Assembly (NCBI GenBank): GCA_965112155.1
Contig: OZ218105.1
From: Podarcis liolepis
Taxonomy: Eukaryota
Length of the DNA stretch: 64,000 nucleotides
Strand: one strand, 5' to 3'
A program made the translations under genes and the position numbers. Shown one piece after another: positions 36,554 to 48,500 of the stretch (positions are counted from its first letter, which is position 1; every line of letters begins with the position of its first letter). Below the pieces are notes generated by a model that saw only the letters and a list, made by a program, of their open reading frames with translations, ran no database searches and was not told where the DNA came from.

Positions 36554-39500
36554 GTAAACATCACTTTTATAATATGCTAACTGTATACAGTCTGACTGCA
36601 GCCCATAAATATATGCCATCATAAAAATGGTTAGTCTTTAAGGGGCCACAGTGTATGTATAGCAATACTCTCTACTGCTGTCTTGATGGGAAAATGTATT
36701 TACACTTCCACAGTAGTCGTTTACAAGCCAAGCTGCACCAGCCCTGCCAGGATATGTCTCCTCAAGAACTGCAGCTGCCAGAGTCTCTTCAGAACAGAAA
36801 AAGGAAAGCAATGCAGGTAAGTAGGAATTGAAACGGTCTCCTGGAGCCAGATGTGGTTAAGAATATGAGCAGGATTGCCTTGTTCAAGCTGAAACAAGAA
36901 TTCACGGCATTGATATTGGTAAAACCACCTTCCTCTTGGCCTCATCCTCACACCTGAAATGTAGAGATAATGGGTGGAATTCAGCACCACACTATTACAA
37001 ATGTTCCGTCTCTGCAAACATATCAACTTGCCAGATGGGACAGTGGCACACTGTTCTAGGGGTTCTCCCACCCACTCCAGAGCCAATTTCAGGGCAGTGG
37101 CGTAGCGTGGGGGGTGCCAGGGGTGCCGGCCGCACCGGGCGCAACATCTGGGGGGGCGCCCGCCGCCTCCGGAGTCGCCGAAGAGCCTCGGGCGCAGGCT
37201 ATAGCAGAGCCCCATGTCTCGAGAAGGAGGAAACCCCGGCCATGGGCGCTGTCCCCAGGTGGTGCAGCAGGAGCTAGGTGGCGAAGGGGAGCCCGGGGGA
37301 GCGGAGGCGCCGCGGGGACACGGCTCGGGAGCTGCCGCTGAGGAGCCAGAGCATCGTCCCCGGGAGGAGCGGTGGTGGCGGCGGCGGCGGCTGCTACTGC
37401 AAAGCAGGGAGAGAAGGAGGCGGCGGCGGGGGGGAGCCAGGCAGGGAAGTTGCTGCTGGGGATGAAGAGGCGGCGGCGGCGGGAGACGGACTTCTCTCCC
37501 TCTCTGGTGCTGCTGGCGTGATGCGCTCGCCAGCCCACCGGCCCCTCCTGAGCGGGATATGGGTGGGCGGACGGGGTGGGTGGGGGAGAGGCGCCGGGCC
37601 TGCCTCGTGCCCTGACAGGAGCCGCCGCTGCGCCCGCGGGCGCCCTTGACAGGGCGCCCCTCATGCCGCCTCAAGAGGCGTTGGGAGGCAGCGAGACTCC
37701 GCCGGGCCCCGCCCCTCACTCCGCGCTCGGCTTCAGGGCTGTCTTGCGAGGGGGCGGCGGGAAAAGGCTCTGAGGAGAACCTCGCTGGCTGTCCCGCCGC
37801 GTCGCTTTTCCTCACGTCGTTTTTCCATTCCCTTGAGGGGACGGGGAGGTGAAGGGAGCCCGCACGTGGCGAGTCGTCGGTGGAGGTAGAGAAACCACGC
37901 ACATTAGATATTAATAATAATAATAATAATGCTTTGAAATTTAAGACTCCCCCCCCCCAAGGAAAAGGCACTTTCTTGCCCTGCCCGTGGACCAGGAGGT
38001 CGTGGCGGGCGAGGCCTTCAGCAGCGGGGCCCTTATTTGCGCTGCCAGCCTGACCTTCACCCTCTTACATATAGAGAGGAAAGGAGACGCGGAGGTGCAA
38101 AGGCTTACGGGGCAGAAGTAAGCCCCGCTGAGTTCATCAGGGGTGCCAACGTGAATACAGTATGATATTGGGGGGGGGGAGGCAAGTAAACCCCGCCCTG
38201 CATAGTTGATCACATTGGCAATGCCCATCAACTGGGGGGCTGGCCCCCTCAAATGTTTTATTGGGGGGCCTGAAGCAGCGGCGTGGCGTGGGGGTGCGGG
38301 GGGGCTGGGCGCAACGTCTTGGGGGGGGGGGCGCGCTCGCACTCAAGTGCTAAAATCCACGGGTTAGGGGGCGCAAATTACTTGCCTTGCCCCGGGTGCT
38401 GACAACCCACGCTACGCCACTGTTTCAGGGACATACAGTACATGAGGGGAGGGGAGGGAATCCCCATTGTGGAAGCCTTTGAGCAGGCCTTCTGGGGATG
38501 GGATTTGTTAGATGAACCCCACACCATATTTGTAAACAAGGCAGACATCGGCACCTGGCACTCTCAAGTGGTTGCCAAGAGGCTGCTGATGTTGAAGTCT
38601 CGAATTCCTTGGTCTGCTTCTTCCCCCACCCCATCCCAATTTTGGTTTGTGTGGAGCTTCCCCAACATTTTATATTTTCCACAATAACCAAAGCAGCTCA
38701 TTGTTTCTGTGGTTTGCAGTCATCTGCCACAGATCACAGCTCTGTTGCTGCCTGTCCACGCTGCCAAGTCAAGGGAAGGGGTGCTGACACTAAGCAGCAC
38801 TTTGTCAGGGAAGATTTTAAACCTCGTCCTGAATTATCACTGTTTAATAGCTGTGATCAGTGGTTGGGCATATGTCGCCAGTAAATGACTTTCAAAAATG
38901 AATAGTTGTTCACTGACGGCTTTAATGCTCCTATTTTTGAGGGAGGGATTTGAAATTGAGGGAGCCCTTGATGTACCAGGAGAATTTGGCTTCACTTGGT
39001 TGCTGCTTTGCTCTTAATCAAGGTGCATCTGTGTCTGTTTTCCAAAGGACCCCACGAGAACAGAAGAGATCAACATGAGACATCAGTATGAAATTAAGGT
39101 AATAATGACCTGCGTAACCATTGATTTTTAACTTAAGTTGGTTTGCATTCTTCAGTATGTATGAGAATTTAGATTGTTAATGTGTCCATTGTGAGCAGGA
39201 GGTTCTTCACTTTTTGTCAGGGAAAGCAGCTTTTTTCTTTTTAACTAAATACATAAGGGAGAATTAATGAATCCAGCTGCATAGTGTGTGATTTGTATTC
39301 ATTTTGTTGTGTTGGCTGCTGCAGTTTGTGTTCAATGAATATTTCACCACGGAAAAACTTACTTTCAACTTCCAGGAATGTATAGTGTTAATTATATCAC
39401 TTCCCAATATCCCACCTAATGTCTTGCTGCTGCAAGGGTTTGGATAAAATGCTTTAGGGTTTGATTTGCAAGGCCTAGTAAACATTAGCTGGTTGATGGT

Positions 39501-42500
39501 GTACCTTATTTTTCGCCCTATAGGACGCACTTTCCCTCCTCCAAAAATGAAGGGGAAATGTGTGTGCGTCCTATGGGGCGAATGCAGGCTTTCGCTGAAG
39601 CCTGGAGAGCAAGGGGGGTCGGTGCGCACTGACCCCTCTCGCTCTCCAGGCTTCAGGAAGCTATCTGCTAGCCGTGGGAGATGCAGCTCTGTTCTGGGGG
39701 CTGGAGTCGGGGGAAGCTCAGGCTTCCCCAGCCCCGCACCTGGGGGGAAAATAATTTTTTTCCCCTTTATTTCCCCCCCAAAAAACTAGGTGCGTCCTCT
39801 GGGGCGAAAAATACAGTATTCTATGTGACAGTGAAAATGTTTCAAAAGGCTGGGACAAATTCTGCTACTCATAAACTATCTTGCTTGGTGTTGTATGTAT
39901 TTTTCTCATGCTAGCTCTTAATATCTCATTTGTAGAGTTGTTGGCCATCTACAATATCAGGCGGCATCTCCCCTTGTATTATAATAGAAACTCCTCACAA
40001 AGAAGCGACAACCACTGATTTTTCCAGATTCAAAAAATACAGGTTCAGAAACCTCTTCATAAATCCATCACCTTTACCGGAACTTAGGTAAGTTACCTAT
40101 AACCAAAAGCAATTGTGATGCTGCTATACTTTGATATGTCAGCAAAGCGAATGTAGTGCAACCCCCCTGTGTTCTTCACCAATTTGTATTGGTGGGTAGT
40201 CTTTGATTTGGAGCTAGTGACATATAGAAAACACAATGAGGAACACCACTAATAAAACCGTCTTGTTTTAGTCCTTGGTCTGAATGCTTTGCCTATCATC
40301 AAGGGCAATATGTGAGCTGTGAAATTTTGATGGACAAATTATATTCCAAGGTGTCATCTGTGTTTGATGGAAATTTCATATAAATCTGGCATTCTATGAA
40401 AAATGTGTTAAGATCATGTCTGCAAGTATTGTTGCTGTGTAGTCTCTTACACTGCTAACTTTTTGGAACTGCACTGACTAGAATAGTCTTCCTCAGTACA
40501 GTGCCCTCCAACTTAGATGTGCTACCTCCCCGTATACACCACCTCTCCCCATATAAACATACCTGGACTCTGCGATTATCATACGAGGCCCTTCTTTGTG
40601 GGCCCCCCTCCATGAGAGGCCCAGAGGTTGGCAACACAGGAATGGGCCATTTCTGTGGTCACTCCCCATTTGTGGAATTTCCCCCCCTGGGTGGCTCACC
40701 TGGCGCTTTCACTACACATCTTTAGGCACCAGGTGAAAGCATTGATAACCATGCTGTGAATATTTTATTGCCTTTGAAATGGGTTTGGGGGAAGAGGGTT
40801 ATTGATTTGTTTTTGTTCTATTACGTATTTTTTGTTCTCATATTTTTACGTTGTGAAACCACCATGTGATCTTTGGATGAAGGGTGGTATACAAATTTAA
40901 TCCATAATGAGAGGACTCACAGGAACTGTAGTCTGAAGCATCTGAAGGGCATCAAATTGGGGAAGACTGGACTACAAGAAGGTGGCGAGATTGGGAACAA
41001 CACATTCATGCATATAGTAAAGAGAAGCACCTATACCGTATTTTTCCATGTATAAGACGTCCCCTATTTTGGGGGACTCCAAATTAAGAAAATGGGGAGG
41101 ATTACTCAGAGTTGTTTAGCTTTTTTGTGGGGGGAAATTGCCGGAAATCGCTCACCCGCCACTGACAATTGCATGCATTGCTGAAGACACGCAGTCGCCA
41201 AATGGCCACCCTATTGCCGCAGCGGCAGCCAATCACCAACAGCCCTTCTCACAGCTACCAATCACCCACACTATCGCCACTGTGAATCTCCTGCTCACGG
41301 CTGTGACCAATCGCACCCCCCCCCCGCACTACCCATGTATAAGACGAGGGCTAATTTTAAAGCTCATTTTTTAATTAAAAACCCTTGTCTTATAGATGGA
41401 AAAGTATGGTATGTGTTGGTTTTCATGTCCTTTCTCTTTCCCTGCCCTGCTTGAGTGAAACTGACCATTGTTGTGAAACTGCCCAATTGTCAACCTAGTC
41501 CTAATAGTCATTCATTGTTGTCAGTCAGAAAAATCATCTGTTACAGTTTTGCTTAATGACAAAATGACAATAATTTGAAGCAGTTGTTGAAAACTTACTG
41601 TCTTCTGACAAGTCTCTATAGCCACTTAAAAGCTCAGTGAATTGATTACTGAGTAATATCTACCTCTTTTCAGTTTTTTCCCTTGAAGGCATGCAACATT
41701 GACCATCCTTGATTGGATTTACAAACCTCAAAGCAACTCCATTTGATCAGGGGCAGCAGCTGAAGGGAAGAGCAAGCACCTTTTATTATGCTTGTCATTG
41801 GCATAATTAAATCATAGAAATGGTGCAGGGGTGAAGGATTGAAGCCTCATCCCAGGGATGTTACCTCAATCTCTTATCTTGTTGGGAGTAGGAAGTAGCC
41901 ATGCTGTGAGACCTTTCAGTTGAGAGGGGCTAAAATGCTATAAAGAAATGTCCCATCCCTTCAGCTCCCTTTAAAGTCTGAAAAGTCAGATACAGCCATC
42001 TGCATCATATGTAGTCTTCAGGCAAATGGACTTTCCTTATCTGTTCTACCTCAGATATTTTTTTTTAAAAAAACCTGTATTTCATGAAATCCAAACAAGC
42101 TTCGAGTAGAACCCCTTTGGAAAACTAAGGTCATTAGAGTTTGGAGACTAGAAATAATACATTGAATGCACTAAATCCAAGCATTTGGCTTCATGCCATT
42201 GAAGTCCAATTTTTGCTGAGACCACGTATTTTATGTCTTTTTAAAAATAATCTGGAATTTAAAATGTCTGTCTTTGATTTTAGCTGGGGAAATTCTAAAG
42301 ATGTCTGGTTCAACATTCTCAAAAAGGAGAACAAATATTCTCACTGTAAGCATTTCACATCTCTACACTCCAACTTGCAGCCACACATGAGATCAATTCT
42401 ATTGGACTGGCTTCTGGAAGTGAGTATTGAACTTATAAATGTAATGTGTGTATAAAGGACAGTCCTGAGAAGTAGCAAGACTGACCCAGAGTGCTTCATC

Positions 42501-45500
42501 CCCCCCTCTTTTAAGTATTAAGCTTGTTTATATTCTGCTTTTTCAAATTGTGCTGAAAGCACCTCACAAGTTTAGTCAGCATATCAGTATATAGCAGGGG
42601 TCACCAAGGTTTATCTTGCCTGGGCCGGATCGGTCCCACAGAGATCCCTCTGTGGGCCAGATTGGTGTGCATGTGAGTGCCCGAGCCCACGATTTTCGGC
42701 ATCTGCACATGCGCAGATGCCATTTTCAGCGTCTGCGCAGATGCCATTTTCAGTGCCGCAGAAGCAAGTCTCCACACCGTGCTGGTTTAGTGCAGCGCAT
42801 GAGTGGGCAGCTCAGTTCAGGGGCGGCTTGGGGGCAGGTCAAACGACCTCCACAGGCCACTTCTGGCCCATGGGCCTTAGGTTACTGACCCCTAATATAT
42901 AGGCACAACAAAAACATAGGCATAAATATATCCCCTGCTGAATTACAACTTTTTAAAAATGTTTTGTCTCGCTGTTTGTAGTATAGTGACTGTGAATAAA
43001 CAAAGCTTATTCTGTAACAGGTATGTGAAGTATACACGCTCCATAGGGAAACTTTCTACTTGGCACAAGACTTTTTTGACAGATTCATGCTGACTCAAAA
43101 TAATTTAAACAAAACCATGCTTCAGCTCATAGGAATTACAGCCCTGTTCATTGCTTCCAAGCTTGAGGTAAGTAGCTGTCAGTGAAACCATTCTGCCGTT
43201 GACAATATAGCATTTTAAACCCATAATTGTGCTGCATGTCCTTTACAGGCAAAGGCCCATCCCAGTATAGCAGCTGAGGAAGAAATGGGTCTTTTTTCTT
43301 TTGATTAAAGTAGTTTGGCTTATTACTGAGGAAAATGGAAGGTCTGAGTTGCAGAGTTTGCACACTGAAAGAGCAGCTCTTGGAAGTCTGTGTGTGTGCT
43401 CACAAATGATAGCCCTAATTGCCATTAGCAAATAGCTGCCTGTGTTCTTAGCCCTCAGAGTTCTTACTAGGATTCTAATCACGGGGAAATGCATCCCTCA
43501 GTAACTGAAGGCTGGGAGTTTCCTAATACAGTACTTAGCTGAGACTGAACACTTTATTTTGTATCCTTTCTGCTTTACAACTTGCCTTTTCACCAAGAAC
43601 CTCAAGGTGACCTGCATCGTTTCCCCCATTTTATTCTCACAACAACCCTGTTAAGCTGAGAGGTGGTGACTGGTGTAAGCTCCCGCAGTGAACTGAATGG
43701 GGGTTTGAACCCTGGTACTCACAAGGGACGCGGGTGGCGCTGTGGTCTAAACCACTGAGTCTAGGGCTTGCCGATTGGAAGGTCGGCGGTTCGTAGCTCA
43801 GTCCCAGCTCCTGTCAATCTAGCAGTTCGAAAGCACGTCAAAGTGCAAGTAGATAAACAGATACCGCTCCAGCGGGAAGGTAAATGGCGTTTCCGTCCAC
43901 TGATCTGGTTTCGCCAAAAGTGGCTTAGTCATGCTGGCCTCATGACCCGGAAAAACTGTCTGCAGACAAATGTCAGCTCCCTCGGCCAGTAAAGCGAGAT
44001 GAGCGCCGCAACCCCAGAGTCGTTTGCGACTGGACTTAACTGTCAGGGGTCCTTTACCTTTTTACTCCCAATTCTAGTCAGAAACTCCAACCACTACCAT
44101 ACTGGCTTTTGCTAAGACTTGCTAAAAGAAGAGCACCGATATGTATGCCTAGCAGGCCAAACATGTCAACATCATTTGAATGATGCAACATGTTTTCGTT
44201 GTAAACTTCACCATCTTTTAATGCACTCTATGGGCCGGGCCTGTACATCTTAAAATGTTTCAATTAAGCTGGCAACTGATGAGATCTGTAAAGATCTCAA
44301 GCACAGCTTAGGTTGGGGACATGGTAAAGGACTTGGTTCTAATCGTCTGGCTTCAAATTTCACCTCTGACTCCTGCTTTGTGACGGTGGTGCTTTGCAAG
44401 TCAGACCTGGGCAAGTGACAGTGGTTCAGTGAAGCAGCTTTTGGACTGCCCTGTGCAATGGGCCTTAGGATTTCATGGCGTTGCCAGTGGGCTCATGATA
44501 TGAGAGTTTGCACAGTAGTACCACTTCTGTGAAGTTTCTTCTCCATGTGTGGGGATCAGTGCATAACCGTAGTGGCTGAGGATCTATCTCAGCGAGTGCT
44601 TGGCTCTTTGCTTTTTCAAGTACTTGCCCACTCCTACATGGAAACAAGGATTTGCAGCTGAGCCTATAAGTTGGCATGCTAATGGCTGCTCTCCCATGGG
44701 TGGTAACAGGAGCCTAAAAGCATCTGAATCTAATTTGTGAAATTGAAATAGCTGTGGTATGCAGAATAGGGTTGTAGGAGAATGGATCAACAAGTCTGTA
44801 AGCCCTGTTGGATTTGCTGTGGTTTGTTCTAACATTCTGTCTTTTTCTTCTTCCTTTAAGGAGATTTATGCTCCCAAACTACAGGAATTTGCCTATGTTA
44901 CTGATGGTGCTTGTAGTGAAGATGATATTATAAGAATGGAGCTCATTATATTAAAGGTAACAAAATGAAGATGCTGACCATTTTAGCACATATTTAAGAG
45001 TCTGCATCCTAGGAATTACTCTATTGGATGGGTAGCTAACATGGTGCCTTCCAGATGTTTTAAGTGCAGTTCCTATTACTCTGACCATTGGCCATGTTAC
45101 CTGCTCTTGATGGAAATTGAAGTCCAAAACATCTGGGGGGGGGGTTATCATATTTGCTCCTCCTACTCTATTGGCTTCTTAGGCAGAGCAGATCGTATTT
45201 ATTTATTAGCAATGTCTCCAAAATTTGGAATCTGACTCTGATGTGTACCTTGAAAGCTGCTTGGATACACTCTGTGAAAAGAGTGGATCCATTTTAAGCT
45301 TTGTATTTTACAGAAGATATTTCTTGACCACCATCTCAGGGCTGGAAAGAGTTGGAGCTATGTATAAAGCAGCTAAACATCTCATGCCAGTGTATACATC
45401 CTGGAATGCTCTAACAGTACCCTCTGGGATAAGAGAATTGCCTGTGACTTGAGCAACTTTACTTGATTTTACATAAGAACTGGTTTTGCTTGGCATTCTC

Positions 45501-48500
45501 AGAATGGAAGTGCTTAATCGGAGGCTTGTTGCCAGTACCAGGAGAGGGCACTGGGATCTTGTACATATTTTCAGGCAGGAATGGGGTATCTGTGGCCCTC
45601 CAGATGTGTTGATGGGAGTTGGAATCCAGCAACGTCTAGAGGGCAACACAGGCTCTCTATTCCTGATTTAGGGCATTGTGCAAGGGTTAAGTCTTGCAGA
45701 GCAGTAGATGAAAAGACCGAGTGGATTTCTGTATCATAGGATAGCATGAGGGGAGGGCTCACAACTTGAATTCTGCTTCATTCTACACAAAGAATGCTGA
45801 GCATGTTGGGGAGAAGGGAAAAATAAAGAACTGTTCTCCCTGACGCGTCAGTGATACAGTGCAGAAACAGTTCTGCACACTGCTGTGTGAGAACTTGTGC
45901 AGGGTTTTGGGCTGCATGAATAGAAGTTTACTTGCTAAGTTTGTAGATGTAGGCATCATGCCCTAAAGCCTTTGTTATGATATTCACACACATGTAGGCT
46001 CTAAAGTGGGAGCTGTGCCCAGTAACGATCATCTCTTGGCTGAACCTTTATCTCCAAGTGGATGCTCTGAAAGATGTCCCAAAGGTGCTGCTACCTCAGT
46101 ATTCTCAGGAAAAGTTTATTGAAATAGCACAGGTAAGTTCCTATTCCAGCACATCTGGTGCATAAGAGCACCATACAGATATATAGATGCAAGATTTCAG
46201 CTCAGGTAGACAACTTGCAGGGTTCATGTTTGAACACCAGGAAGATGACATTGAGGTACAGGGCAAGAATCAAGTGATGGAAATTTCTTCAGTGCTTGAT
46301 CATACAGCTGTCTCCAGCGTTGGTCTCCCACAGACGACTTGAAAATTGTGAAGGGTCTTGGCAGACCACGTAAATGATTTTTTTGCCTGTTGGAGCAATT
46401 GTGCTAGATGCTGTATTATTTTTAATTGTATTTTAATTCAAGCTTTTCTTATGTATTGCATTGTAATACAGTAAAATGCAGAATAAGAGAACATGCTTGT
46501 TGCATTGGTTATAAAGCCTGTATGATATAACCCCACCCACCCCGCTTCAAAATATATGGAGGTACCCAGTTCACCTGGTCTCTGGATGATTCAAAGCAGT
46601 GCTTGGTTGCAAACAAATTATAAGATGAGAAACCTTTAGTGCAGCACATCGAGCTCTTGGCAAGTGGATACATAAGACAATTGGTTTGGATTCTAAAATG
46701 TGATGAGGAATCTCATGAGCTAGCATCAGTGCAGTGTTGATCTCGAGGACTCAGGACGATTATGTGAGACTGTAGCTTGCAAATGTTTTCCAAATACATT
46801 TGATCTTAATTCAGTTAAAATATTTTTAACATCTGGATTTTATTAAATTAATTTGTCCTTTGGATAGCCCTACTCAGACACAATAGTCTTAAGTGTTATG
46901 AGGAACCTCCATGTATCAGCTCAAGTAACATAAGCTTAGTGAAACTGGTGCTATTCCTAAACTCTAAGCCACCGACAGGCATCATTTGTAATCTTGCACC
47001 CTCATAATCCAAGCAATGGACAAGCAGCCATCCATCACGGATGCTTTAGTTGAGATTCCTGCATTGCAGGGGACTGGATTAGATGACCTTCAGCATCCCT
47101 TCCAACTTTGATTCAGTGAGTTACTTCAGCTTCTAGTGATTAGCTATCTAATACGGAGATTGGTTATAACCAAGTATTTATACTAATAAATGTGGTTTTT
47201 CCCTCCTTGCAGCTTTTAGATCTATGTATTCTAGATGTCAATTCTTTGGATTTCCAGTATAGAATATTGGCGGCGGCTGCACTCTGTCACTATACTTCAG
47301 TACATGTAGTTACAAGAGTCTCAGGTAAGATGGAGCATCTTTTTTGTTGTTACTCATGTTTTCATGTCCTAGCTATTGTAAGATGTCTGAGGCTGCAGTA
47401 AATATGTGGGCATGCAAACTGGCACATTAAATAAATATGTGGGCATGCAAACTGGCACAAACTGGCTGGATACCTTTTTATTTTAGAAATAAAGTACAAG
47501 CAGGGCTCCTCAACAATATTGTATCACTGGTGTGTTACCCAATATTGTGGCTGAGGGGGCTGTTGGCTCAGGATTGAAAGGGGTCGTTCTCACTCTCTGG
47601 AGGGTTAGTTATGGAGCCTGCTCACAAATTGTGTCTGTGTACTTCTCAATAGGCTAATTTTTCCTCTGTTTCCTCCCTTCCACCTCTGCCCTTAGCTCAT
47701 GCTTTCTCATAACTCTGCTGCCCCTTGAGCTTTCTTGCATTTAATCGTGCTACATTAAATTTTGAATTCTAGGGTTACCTCTCACTTTATCCCTGGCACA
47801 TTTAAAAATTGCCTACCCAAACAATGGGATTTTTCCTGTCTTTTACACAACGTCTCTTCATCCTGTTCTGTTCCATTTCTCTCCATGTGCAAACTGTGAT
47901 TACTCCAAGCATGATAAGATTAATGAGAAACAAGAGGGCGTTTTATCTGCAGTTGTCACTAGCTGAGTCTATTAGGAGTTATCCTTGGGCATGCTGGGTA
48001 CTACTTTATCCCTTTGCAATAGGAATAAGAATTGCTACATCCTCTTGCCAGCACACCAGCCACTATCTTGGAAATAATATCTTGCACTTATGCTCATCTA
48101 GCTTCGCTGGGCTGTGGCTGTTTATATCTGAAACAAGGCATTTTAAACTCTGCACAAGGTTCAGAGTTTCAGAAATGCACAGTAGTGGCGGAACCAAGGG
48201 GTTCATGACTGTTGTTTCCTAGTTTTGAGGTTGCCTTGAGTCTGAAACTGATGGCCAATAATGAAACTGAAAGCTATTTCAGCGAGTGCAAGAACGTTAA
48301 GCTGTGAATGAGAGAAGCTAGAAACTGAAAATCTTGCCTCTGCCATGAACTCAGTAGTTGGCCTGGAACAAGCCACTGTTCCAGTAGATTTGTTCTAGCA
48401 TTAATGGCTTAGTAATATACGCAGAGTGCCATATAAATACTTAAAGGCTTTTATTTGTAATCATGTAATTTTATTTACATTCTGTCCAACTGTTTATGTA

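Noticed and set aside
36721-37971. 416-aa minus-strand ORF as an independent gene
   Set aside because: It crosses a transposon boundary and is mostly GC-rich low-complexity leader; only the ~19 GNAL-like codons look like real protein.
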